Shown: positions 10,440 to 18,873 of the stretch, in pieces
How the letters are laid out: each line of letters starts with the position of its first letter
How positions within the stretch are numbered: position 1 is the first letter of the stretch
Position numbers and translations under genes: made by a program
The notes under the pieces: generated by a model
Told to the model about the DNA's origin: nothing
What the model saw: only the letters and a program-made list of their open reading frames with translations
Database searches by the model: none
Assembly (NCBI GenBank): GCA_017501545.1
Contig: JAFVWS010000035.1
Span: forward strand, 75,408 to 139,407
Length of the DNA stretch: 64,000 bases
Direction of reading: 5' to 3'
Source of the DNA: Clostridia bacterium
GTDB lineage: Bacteria > Bacillota > Clostridia > Oscillospirales > CAG-272

Positions 10440-10468
10440 ATTGTAGCAAGTACCATTAATTTTGTCAA
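10440..10468 (-). promoter_or_regulatory. Consensus sigma-A-type promoter for 9743..10264
   Basis: On the minus strand it reads TTGACA (10468-10463), a 17-nt spacer, then TACAAT (10445-10440). It lies inside a module that is duplicated at 11757-11785. Confidence 0.65.
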
Positions 10469-10512
10469 CTGCGTTTCATGGTTAGCAATGCTTGCCCCAG
10501 CATTTTTGGCAC

Positions 10513-10542
10513 AAAAAAGCCACGGAAATTCCGTGGCTTTTT
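10513..10542. terminator. Palindromic terminator, copy 2 of 3
   Basis: aaaaaagccacggaaattccgtggcttttt lies immediately downstream of the stop of 10548..11585(-). Confidence 0.7.
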
Positions 10543-10547
10543 ATTTT

Positions 10548-11585
10548 TTATGGACTGTAGTAAATATCACTGCCCGCAGTACGATACGTGGTTACCATAT
10601 AATCAATTACGTTTAAATTAATCTGTGGATTTGAATTAACATTTTCCAAAATTTCACTTGGAACTTCGATAAAGCACAAGCGCAAGCAATTGCTTTCACC
10701 ATAATATCCGTCTACAATTGTCCTTTGTACTGTTATTTCGATATCTCCGTTTTCATCAACCATAAGGTTATCAAAGCCAATGAAGGAGCTCTCCCCTGTT
10801 TCCAAATATCCCCGCAGGGAGTTGTTTAAGCATATTGCCAAAAGCTTGTTTTGCTTAGGGATATCAAAGCACCAATAAAAAATATTTTCTATTCCGTGGC
10901 TTGTTAAAAACTCGCCTGCCTCGGTTATGTTTTCAAAAACGCCTATATAACCATTATCAACCGTTTCACATGGCTCGGTAATGTATGCTCTATATTGTTT
11001 TAGATATGTGCGCTTGATTTTTAAATATCCACTTGATTTTCCGTTAATCTCAAGGGATGATTTTGTTGTACGAGGAATTAATAAATAGTAATAAAATAGT
11101 CTTATGTCTTCTGTCTCCCCCATACCAACCTCGTCCATATCATCTACCATTATGCTTCCCTCTTGTGGGTTATAATTTCTCATGCCAATTTCATCATATG
11201 AGCTATGATGGCATCTCCTCAAAACCAAAACATAATTGTCGATAAAATGCTCAGGGGATAACGCAGATGGGTCTTCAACGGATGCGCAGAACTCATCATA
11301 TGTAAAAATTTCATAAAAATAGTTACTATAATCACTACAATCCGTCAAGGTATCCTTCAAAAAATTACCTGCGTAAACGTAAGGATAGTACCCACCTATG
11401 CTCTTTGTTGGTTGCAATGGCTGGTTTTCTTGCCCGACATTTTCCGTGCCACCACTTGTATCGGCAGTATCGGTGTTAGTGTCATCTCCCTGTGAGTCCG
11501 TATCGGTATTATTAGGCGCGCCACAAGCTGTAAGTAATGCTATTAGCATTAAGGAAACAAGCATTATTGAAAGTAGTTTTTTCAT
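10548..11585 (-). CDS. Hypothetical lipoprotein (345 aa)
   Basis: Signal peptide with lipobox (LLTAC), followed by an acidic T/D/G-rich linker. No family recognised. Confidence 0.6.
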   Translation of the reverse strand: MKKLLSIMLVSLMLIALLTACGAPNNTDTDSQGDDTNTDTADTSGGTENVGQENQPLQPTKSIGGYYPYVYAGNFLKDTLTDCSDYSNYFYEIFTYDEFCASVEDPSALSPEHFIDNYVLVLRRCHHSSYDEIGMRNYNPQEGSIMVDDMDEVGMGETEDIRLFYYYLLIPRTTKSSLEINGKSSGYLKIKRTYLKQYRAYITEPCETVDNGYIGVFENITEAGEFLTSHGIENIFYWCFDIPKQNKLLAICLNNSLRGYLETGESSFIGFDNLMVDENGDIEITVQRTIVDGYYGESNCLRLCFIEVPSEILENVNSNPQINLNVIDYMVTTYRTAGSDIYYSP

Positions 11586-11756
11586 AAGGTTTCCTCCTTT
11601 TTTGAGGTTTTTTGCAAATTAGGTGTAAAATTCGAGGGGTGTCGGTTAGGGCACACCACCGTCCCCTGCCTTCACATAATATAAAACACTTAAAAATGGA
11701 AAAATGGTTCACTTTTTTGAAAAAATTTTATTTTTTATTGTTTTTTCTCTAATTTT

Positions 11757-11785
11757 ATTGTAGCAAGTACCATTAATTTTGTCAA
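11757..11785 (-). promoter_or_regulatory. Consensus sigma-A-type promoter for 10548..11585 (duplicate of 10440-10468)
   Basis: It has the identical TTGACA-aaattaatggtacttgc-TACAAT on the minus strand. About 100 nt of downstream leader is shared with the other copy. Confidence 0.65.
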
Positions 11786-11841
11786 CTTTTCAAGTATACT
11801 GTTCAGGCAATGTAGATAAGTGATAAAATCGCTTTGATACT

Positions 11842-12026
11842 GAGATCCTATCGCTATCGCTCCAGGATGACATGAAGGCGCGTGTTGTCATTGCGATTCG
11901 CTACGCTTGTATGCATAATTTCCACTAACGAAAGCAAGCTTTCAAGTGTCATTCTGGAACGCAACGCAGTGAAGTGATAGAATCTCTTTGAATTCGAGAT
12001 CCTATCGCTATCGCTCCAGGATGACA
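11842..12026. repeat. Cluster of REP-like palindromic units (gtcatcctggagcg...gatctc family)
   Basis: A perfect 31-bp direct repeat, gagatcctatcgctatcgctccaggatgaca, occurs at 11842-11872 and 11996-12026. Oppositely oriented related units occur at about 11885-11905 and at 11947-11986 (tgtcattctggaacgcaacgcagtgaagtgatagaatctc). The last two units form a long imperfect hairpin. Confidence 0.65.
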
Positions 12027-12075
12027 AAAAAGTTTTGTTACGGACGAGCAATGCTTGCCCCAGCATTTTTGACAC

Positions 12076-12105
12076 AAAAAAGCCACGGAAAATCCGTGGC
12101 TTTTT
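12076..12105. terminator. Palindromic terminator, copy 3 of 3 (downstream of PFOR)
   Basis: aaaaaagccacggaaaatccgtggcttttt, about 20 nt after the PFOR stop. Confidence 0.7.
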
Positions 12106-12124
12106 ATTTTTATGAAGGTTTATT

Positions 12125-15100
12125 TTACTTATAGAGTTCAATAAATCTCTTAAGTCTTTCGTACTTAGCCTTAGCAGCCTCTTCACTTGCTGTAAATAGC
12201 TTTTCTGCTCTGTCTGGGAATTGTTGAGCAAGACGGCTGTAACGTGTTTCGTTTGTAAGGAATGCACGGTAGTCGCCTGTTGGCTCCTTAGAGTCAAGTG
12301 AGAATGGATTTTGTCCCTCTGCCTTAAGTGCTGGGTTGTATCTAAAGAGATCCCAGTAACCAGCCTCAACAGCCTTCTTCATTTCGCCTTGGCAGTTTGT
12401 CATACCACCCTTAAGTCCGTGCATTTCACATGGAGCATAACCGATGATAAGTGATGGACCCTTATAAGCCTCAGCCTCAGCTATCGCCTTGATGGTTTGT
12501 GCTGGGTCAGCGCCCATAGCGATTTGAGCAACATATACGTAGCCATATGACATAGCAATTTCAGCAAGGTTCTTCTTACCGATAGCCTTACCAGCTGCAG
12601 CAAATTGTGCAACCTGACCGAGGTTAGAAGCCTTAGAAGCTTGTCCACCAGTATTTGAGTAAACCTCTGTGTCGAATACCATTACGTTAACGTCTTCGCC
12701 AGATGCAAGAACGTGGTCAAGACCACCAAATCCTATATCGTAAGCCCAACCGTCACCACCAAAGATCCATACGGATTTCTTTGAGAGGTATGTCTTGTCA
12801 GCAAGGATTTCTGGAGCTACTGGGCATCCTGCCTCAGCTGCCTTCTCAAGCTCTACGATGAGAGCCTTTGTAGCGCCCTCGTTTGCCTTACCGTCGTCAA
12901 CTGTGTCAAGGTAAGCCTTTGCAGCTGCCTTGAATTCGTCAGAAGCCTTGTCGCTTTCTGCCATTTCAGCAACCTTGCGGATAAGCTTTTCACGGAGAGT
13001 CTTTTGACCAAGGTACATACCAAGACCATGCTCAGCGTTGTCCTCAAAGAGTGAGTTAGCCCAAGCTGGACCACGGAGAGAATCCTTGTTTACTGTGTAT
13101 GGTGTAGCAGGAGCTGAGCCACCCCAAATGGATGAACAGCCTGTTGCGTTAGAAATGTACATTCTCTCGCCGAAGAGCTGTGTGATAAGACGTGCATATG
13201 ATGTTTCTGCACAGCCTGCACATGAGCCTGAGAACTCGAGAAGTGGTTGGTTAAATTGGCTACCCTTAACTGAAATTTCGTTAAATGGAAGCTCCTTCTT
13301 AGAAACGTTTGCAACTGCATAGTCAAATGCTGCTTGTTGGTCAAGCTGTGTAGCTTGTGGAACCATTCTAATAGGTGTCTTTTCTGGAGTGCCGTTTGCC
13401 TTAGCCTTAAGAGCAACTGGACAAACGTTTACACAAAGACCACAACCCATACAGTCAAGTGGGCTGATAGCGATTGTGAACTTGTAGTCCTCGCATCCCT
13501 TACCGATCATCTTAGCTGTGAACTTTGTTGACTCAGGAGCGTTTGCAGCCTCATCAGCATTCATAGCGAATGGACGGAGTGTTGCGTGTGGACATACATA
13601 TGAGCATTGGTTACATTGGATACAGTTTTCTGGAATCCACTCAGGAACAGTAACTGCAACACCACGCTTCTCGTATGCAGCAGCACCTTGTGGGAATGTA
13701 CCGTCAACGTAGTCAACGAATGCAGAAACAGGAAGCTTATCACCCTCCATCTTTGATACAGGGAGAAGTACGTTTTCAACATACTTAACAAGCTCAGGAC
13801 GCTTGCCCTCAACTGTTTCCTTAACGTCTACAACGTCAAGAGCTGCCCAAGCGGCAGGAACGTTAACCTTAACAAGTGCTTCCTTACCAGCGTCGATTGC
13901 CTTGTAGTTCATTTCAACCACAGCCTCGCCCTTCTTTAGGTAGGACTTCTTAGCCATGTATTTCATCTTTTCGATTGCTTCATCAATTGGCATGATGTTA
14001 GCAAGTGCGAAGAATGCAGATTGGAGAATTGTGTTTGTTCTCTTACCCATTCCAATTTCGATAGCCTTGTCAATAGCGTTTACAATGTAGAATTGTACGT
14101 TATTGTCAGCGATGTACTTCTTAACCTCTGCTGGGAGATGAGCATCAAGCTCAGCCTCTGTCCATTGGCAGTTGAGGAGGAATGTACCACCTGGCTTAAC
14201 GTCGTTAACAATCTTGTAGCCCTTGAGCATGTATGAAGGGTTATGGCATGCAACAAAGTCTGCTTTTGTTATGTAGTATGGGCTCTTAATAGCTGAATCA
14301 CCGAAGCGAAGGTGTGAAATTGTAACACCACCGGTCTTCTTTGAGTCATATTGGAAATAAGCTTGGATAAACTTATCTGTGTAGTCACCGATAATCTTAA
14401 TGGAGTTTTTGTTAGCACCAACTGTACCGTCACCACCAAGACCCCAGAACTTGCAAGAGATTGTACCCTTAGCGCTGGTGTCAACGTTAACTGTTTCAGG
14501 AAGTGAAAGACCAGTTACGTCGTCAACGATACCGATTGTGAAGTTAGCCTTTGGCTCATCAGCCTTAAGGTTTTCATATACTGCGAAGATTGAAGCAGGT
14601 GTTGTGTCCTTAGAACCAAGACCGTAACGACCGCCAACAACCTTAGCGTTAACACCCTTAATTGCGAGTGATGTAACAACGTCGAGGTAAAGTGGTTCAC
14701 CAAGTGAGCCTGGCTCCTTAGTTCTGTCAAGAACTGCTACCTTCTTAGCTGTAGCTGGGATAGCCTCAACAAGCTTCTCTGCTACGAATGGACGGTAAAG
14801 TCTTACCTTAACAAGACCAACCTTTTCGCCCATTGCTGTGAGGTAATCAATAACCTCCTCGCAAACGTCACATACTGAGCCCATAGCAACGATAACTCTT
14901 TCAGCATCTGGTGCACCGTAGTAGTTAAAGAGCTTATAGTCAGTACCGATTCTCTCGTTTACCTTGTTCATGTAGTTTTCTACGATTGCTGGGAATGCAT
15001 CGTAGTATTGGTTACAAGCCTCTCTGTGTTGGAAGAAGATGTCACCGTTTTCAGCAGAACCACGAAGAACTGGATGCTCTGGGTTGATTGAGCGAGCACG

Positions 15101-15712
15101 GAATGCGTTGATAGCATCCTTGTCAACCATTTCTTCAAGATCCTTATAGTCCCAAACCTCAATCTTTTGAATTTCGTGTGAGGTACGGAAGCCATCAAAG
15201 AAGTTAAGAACAGGAACTCTACCCTTAATTGTTGAAAGGTGAGCAACTGCACCAAGGTCCATAACCTCTTGTGGGTTTGTGCAAGCCATCATAGCATAAC
15301 CTGTTTGACGGCAAGCATATACGTCGGAGTGGTCTCCAAAAATGTTAAGAGCATGTGAAGCTACGCAACGAGCTGAAACGTGAATTACGTTTGGAAGAAG
15401 CTCACCAGCGATCTTGTACATGTTAGGAATCATAAGGAGCAAGCCTTGTGATGCTGTATAAGTTGTTGTTAGGGCACCAGCAGCAAGTGAGCCGTGTACT
15501 GTACCAGCAGCACCAGCCTCAGATTGCATCTCTGTAACCTTTACTTGTTCACCAAAAATGTTCTTTAAGCCTGTAGCACTCCATGAGTCGGTGAGCTCAG
15601 CCATAACACTTGATGGTGTGATTGGGTAAATCGCAGCAACCTCTGTAAACGCATAGCTGACAGTAGCGGCAGCGGTATTACCGTCCATTGACTGTTTCTT
15701 TCTTGTTATCAT
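12125..15712 (-). CDS. nifJ: Pyruvate:ferredoxin (flavodoxin) oxidoreductase, single-chain NifJ/PFOR type
   Basis: Two ferredoxin-type clusters are present (CIQCNQCSYVCPHA and CMGCGLCVNVCP), together with a TPP motif (GGDGWAYDIGFGG). The length is about 1195 aa. The start is set to ATG 15712 (MITRKKQSMDGN), which has an upstream ggagg. The ORF-track start at 15817 is an upstream in-frame extension. Confidence 0.95.
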   Translation of the reverse strand: MITRKKQSMDGNTAAATVSYAFTEVAAIYPITPSSVMAELTDSWSATGLKNIFGEQVKVTEMQSEAGAAGTVHGSLAAGALTTTYTASQGLLLMIPNMYKIAGELLPNVIHVSARCVASHALNIFGDHSDVYACRQTGYAMMACTNPQEVMDLGAVAHLSTIKGRVPVLNFFDGFRTSHEIQKIEVWDYKDLEEMVDKDAINAFRARSINPEHPVLRGSAENGDIFFQHREACNQYYDAFPAIVENYMNKVNERIGTDYKLFNYYGAPDAERVIVAMGSVCDVCEEVIDYLTAMGEKVGLVKVRLYRPFVAEKLVEAIPATAKKVAVLDRTKEPGSLGEPLYLDVVTSLAIKGVNAKVVGGRYGLGSKDTTPASIFAVYENLKADEPKANFTIGIVDDVTGLSLPETVNVDTSAKGTISCKFWGLGGDGTVGANKNSIKIIGDYTDKFIQAYFQYDSKKTGGVTISHLRFGDSAIKSPYYITKADFVACHNPSYMLKGYKIVNDVKPGGTFLLNCQWTEAELDAHLPAEVKKYIADNNVQFYIVNAIDKAIEIGMGKRTNTILQSAFFALANIMPIDEAIEKMKYMAKKSYLKKGEAVVEMNYKAIDAGKEALVKVNVPAAWAALDVVDVKETVEGKRPELVKYVENVLLPVSKMEGDKLPVSAFVDYVDGTFPQGAAAYEKRGVAVTVPEWIPENCIQCNQCSYVCPHATLRPFAMNADEAANAPESTKFTAKMIGKGCEDYKFTIAISPLDCMGCGLCVNVCPVALKAKANGTPEKTPIRMVPQATQLDQQAAFDYAVANVSKKELPFNEISVKGSQFNQPLLEFSGSCAGCAETSYARLITQLFGERMYISNATGCSSIWGGSAPATPYTVNKDSLRGPAWANSLFEDNAEHGLGMYLGQKTLREKLIRKVAEMAESDKASDEFKAAAKAYLDTVDDGKANEGATKALIVELEKAAEAGCPVAPEILADKTYLSKKSVWIFGGDGWAYDIGFGGLDHVLASGEDVNVMVFDTEVYSNTGGQASKASNLGQVAQFAAAGKAIGKKNLAEIAMSYGYVYVAQIAMGADPAQTIKAIAEAEAYKGPSLIIGYAPCEMHGLKGGMTNCQGEMKKAVEAGYWDLFRYNPALKAEGQNPFSLDSKEPTGDYRAFLTNETRYSRLAQQFPDRAEKLFTASEEAAKAKYERLKRFIELYK

Positions 15713-15932
15713 AAAAAACCCTCCAGTTTTATTTTTTGCAAAAATTTTTGCGCCTTTTCTGAATTTAGGCGCGAAAAAAGCACGCACGCGCGTACCCGTA
15801 CATAGTAATAATAGCACTTTTTATTTTCAATTTCAATACTTAAGGGTTATTTTTTTAATTTTTGTTACATATATATATAAAATTTAGCATAAACGGGATT
15901 CTTATATATAATTGATACAATATTGTCTTGCG

Positions 15933-15962
15933 CAAAAAAGGAACAGCAAAATTTGCTGTTCC
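15933..15962 (-). terminator. Rho-independent terminator that closes the T7SS/kinase/TIR operon
   Basis: The hairpin ggaacagcaaa/tttgctgttcc is followed on the minus strand by tttttt. It begins 8 nt after the stop of 15970..18111. Confidence 0.75.
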
Positions 15963-15969
15963 TTTAATC

Positions 15970-18111
15970 CTATTGTATGTAAGCCTCAGCGCCTGCTTCT
16001 CTTAATTCATTGAGAACGTAGTTTGCCTCCTCAAGAGTGTCAAGCTCTGCAATTACGCAAGGAGCTGCATCAATCATATCCTTTGCGGTTCTTAAATCAA
16101 CCTCAAACATTTCCTTTATTGAGTTCATAACCGCAAGCTGATTTAGTCCACCTGATTGTAAAACCACGCTATACTTGCCTTCCTCACTGTCACTATCCTC
16201 TACGCACGCTTCCTCCTCACCGTCAGAAACCGCCTCGTATGTGCCAGTGTTTTCGCCCTCGTTTTGCATAAAGTTGATTTTTTGATTAATTTGTGCAATT
16301 GCGCTTCTTGCTGTATCAATATTAGCCTGAACAGCCATAATATCGTTCTCAATTTCGTGTACAGCCTCGCTTTGCTTGCCAATATTGCCAGGTCTATATC
16401 TTACAAGTGTTTTGATTGCTTGAATATGCGAAACCAAGCCACCGGTAAGAAGCATATCCGCAGGAATTAATCCAGCACGCTTAATCATTGCAAGCAAAAC
16501 GATGCCAGAAATAGTACGCACAACAATCATTGTAACAACTGAGCCTACATGGCTTCCATCTCCGCCAGTGCTTACCAAGTTTATAAATCCACTAAGAAGG
16601 GTGAAAATATATGCAATGGTAATAATCAGGTGCACTCCTGCAACCACGTTTAGCTTAATTGCATTTTTCTTGTTAAACTGACCGTGTCGCGCCCTTTCAG
16701 CAGCCTCTTCAAGGTCTTTCTTTTGTTTCAAGAACTCGCCTATACGGTTAGATGCGTTTTGTCTTGCGTTATATAGCGCTTGAAGCTCGCTTTGTCTTTG
16801 TGCCTCAAGCTCTGCATTTTCTCTAATTTGACGTTCTCTTTCTCTGCGCTCAGCCTCAAGCTTTTCAAGAGTTTCCTTAATCTGCGTATTATAACCGATG
16901 ATTCTTGTTGCCGTCTCGTCGTCTAAGAAACGAATTGCATTTTTGTAGGCTGCATAGTTTTCAAAAACTGTTGTGCAGTAAACGAGGTCAGATTCCTTTG
17001 TGCATTTTAGCTGAGCAAGAAGCTTGCCAAGATAAGCGCGTCCGTTTTCAGGGTCATTATCAAGCACCTTTTCAGCATATTCATCAGCGCTTGACCAATC
17101 CTCTGACTCAAGGAAGAGATATACACGCTTTAGAAGCGCCTCAGTATTTGCAGCCGGTGCTTGAATAGCTGTTGGCGCAGCCTGTGCTTGTATAGGTGCC
17201 TGCACCCTTTGCTCATTCTTTTTGCCTATGATTTTCTTAATACCTCTAATGAGGTCAGGCATAAAGCCAAGCTTGCTCATATCCTGTGCCTGTAGGTGGG
17301 AAAATTCTTGTGGCAAATCGTAAGGGTCCATATCCTTATATGCAGGAATTAGCACCTTTCTCGCACCATTTTTAATAAGTGAAAGATATCTTGACCACTC
17401 ATTCTTCACCCAAACTGCATTAAAGAATTCAGGCTTTGTTCCAAGAACAACCATTACCTTTGCACTATTAAGTGCAGCGAAGATATATGGCTCATAAGCA
17501 ACACCAAGCTTATCCTCAAGAGTAATACGGGCAAAGAACACCTTAAAGCCCTCTCTCTTTAGCTCGTGATAAAGCTCTGTTGCATAAACCGAATCGTGGG
17601 TTCTTCTTCCGTTTTCGTCTGTTTCCTTATAGCAAATAAATACATCAAATGGCTCTTCCTTTTGAGAAATATCAAGGATTCCCTTTTGAATTTCATTTAT
17701 TGCCCTTGCCTCCTCCTCATAAATAAGCTTTTGAGAAATGTCGGCATATTTTATAGCTGACTTATAGTTGTCATCGTCGAAAATTGACGTATATTGAGCA
17801 CGGTTAACGGTAGGAATTCTCTTCTTTGTTAGAGGGTCCTCTACGTATTCAATGCCATATTTACAAAGGACGATTGACCAATAGCTTTCCGCATCCTCGA
17901 TGTTTTCATTAAGAATCTCCTCATAGATTCCCATTGCCTTATCAAATTCATTGTTTCGGCGAAAATGATTTGCGCGGTCGTAAAGCCTTTCAATCATATC
18001 ATCATTAAGCCTTGGAAGCGTTTGCTGACTGCCACAATAATCGCAGGTGATTGTTGTGCTATTTTCAACATTTAATGCGCCACCACACATTTTACACTTA
18101 AAAACTGCCAT
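15970..18111 (-). CDS. Zn-ribbon / TIR / TPR-like / coiled-coil / 2-TM / L7-L12-C-terminal-domain-like protein (713 aa)
   Basis: From N- to C-terminus I see: a Zn ribbon (CKMCGG...CDYCG); a TIR-like block (FDVFICYKETDENG...VFFARITLE...AKVMVVLGT...AVWVKNEWSRY); TPR-like helices; a charged coiled coil (EAERRERERQIRENAELEAQRQ); two hydrophobic helices (VVAGVHLIITIAYIFTLLSGFINLV and VGSVVTMIVVRTISGIVLLAMI); and a C-terminus (YSVVLQSGGLNQLAVMNSIKEMFEVDLRTAKDMIDAAPCVIAELDTLEEANYVLNELREAGAEAYIQ) that resembles the ribosomal L7/L12 CTD. Confidence 0.8.
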   Translation of the reverse strand: MAVFKCKMCGGALNVENSTTITCDYCGSQQTLPRLNDDMIERLYDRANHFRRNNEFDKAMGIYEEILNENIEDAESYWSIVLCKYGIEYVEDPLTKKRIPTVNRAQYTSIFDDDNYKSAIKYADISQKLIYEEEARAINEIQKGILDISQKEEPFDVFICYKETDENGRRTHDSVYATELYHELKREGFKVFFARITLEDKLGVAYEPYIFAALNSAKVMVVLGTKPEFFNAVWVKNEWSRYLSLIKNGARKVLIPAYKDMDPYDLPQEFSHLQAQDMSKLGFMPDLIRGIKKIIGKKNEQRVQAPIQAQAAPTAIQAPAANTEALLKRVYLFLESEDWSSADEYAEKVLDNDPENGRAYLGKLLAQLKCTKESDLVYCTTVFENYAAYKNAIRFLDDETATRIIGYNTQIKETLEKLEAERRERERQIRENAELEAQRQSELQALYNARQNASNRIGEFLKQKKDLEEAAERARHGQFNKKNAIKLNVVAGVHLIITIAYIFTLLSGFINLVSTGGDGSHVGSVVTMIVVRTISGIVLLAMIKRAGLIPADMLLTGGLVSHIQAIKTLVRYRPGNIGKQSEAVHEIENDIMAVQANIDTARSAIAQINQKINFMQNEGENTGTYEAVSDGEEEACVEDSDSEEGKYSVVLQSGGLNQLAVMNSIKEMFEVDLRTAKDMIDAAPCVIAELDTLEEANYVLNELREAGAEAYIQ

Positions 18112-18132
18112 TTCTAATGTCCGTTGCTCCTA

Positions 18133-18858
18133 TTACTTTAATATTTTGCATTTAGCATTTCTTTCGCTAATAAGAGCAGATAGCTCCTTGGAAAACACAG
18201 CTGCGTTTTCTGCGTTTTTCTCATCAACAGCTACTGAAAATTCAGCAAATTTTTCTGTGATTCTACCCTCGACTGATTCGAGTGCTGGGTCTGACATAGG
18301 GTCGCTGTATCTAATTTCCTCATATACATTTCTTGCCAAAAGAGAAAGCTCCTCGCCGTCCGCCCTTGCCTTTAGCGCCTCTGCCTCGCTGATAAGCCAT
18401 CTCATATAAGTTGTCTTTGCTTCAACCCTTGCTTCTACAGCCGCAGCGTGCTCACCGCTTACCTTTGCGCCAAGTATAGAAATAACACCTACAACTAAGG
18501 TAATAGCACAAGCGATTATTCCAATCCAAGAAGCAACATAGCCATATACAGCTATGCAAATACCACCAATAACCAAGGTGACAATTAGAGTTGTTATGCT
18601 TGTTGAAATCATTGGAAGATTTAAAAATCTCTTATCCTTGCTCTTTTCACTAAGTGCAATAAATGCAATGGCAAGCTGACCAATAAAGGAAATTGTAATT
18701 ACAATATAAGCCGCCCAGAAAATACCCGTGCCAAGCTTATCAACCTCAACACCATTTATTTCTCTATATCTTGGTGTTACAAACGCAATTAGATTGAAAA
18801 GGCCAAGGGACAACGCCCAGCCAATAATATAATAAATAAAGCTTTTAGCGAATTTCAT
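18133..18858 (-). CDS. 4-TM membrane protein with a helical cytoplasmic tail (241 aa)
   Basis: Four clear hydrophobic helices are followed by an Ala/Glu-rich helical C-terminal domain of about 100 aa. A good RBS (ggagg) is present. No family recognised. Confidence 0.65.
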   Translation of the reverse strand: MKFAKSFIYYIIGWALSLGLFNLIAFVTPRYREINGVEVDKLGTGIFWAAYIVITISFIGQLAIAFIALSEKSKDKRFLNLPMISTSITTLIVTLVIGGICIAVYGYVASWIGIIACAITLVVGVISILGAKVSGEHAAAVEARVEAKTTYMRWLISEAEALKARADGEELSLLARNVYEEIRYSDPMSDPALESVEGRITEKFAEFSVAVDEKNAENAAVFSKELSALISERNAKCKILK

Positions 18859-18873
18859 TTTTCATCCTCCTTA

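Noticed and set aside
11854-12369. 171-aa minus-strand ORF spanning the REP-like repeats and the PFOR 3' end
   Set aside because: It overlaps the end of the PFOR gene in another frame and reads through the terminator hairpin and palindromic repeat units. It has a low-complexity composition. It is an artefact of the repeats.
5254-15712. Possible functional operon linking the activase-dehydratase fusion with PFOR
   Set aside because: The two genes are separated by two independently promoted and terminated lipoprotein genes and three terminator hairpins. No evidence of co-transcription can be seen in the sequence.
15713-15817. N-terminal extension of 35 aa on the PFOR ORF in the track (start at 15817)
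   Set aside because: The extension (MLLLLCTGTRVRAFFAPKF...) covers the promoter/leader region. A canonical ATG at 15712 with ggagg upstream gives the conserved PFOR N-terminus MITRKKQSMDGN.
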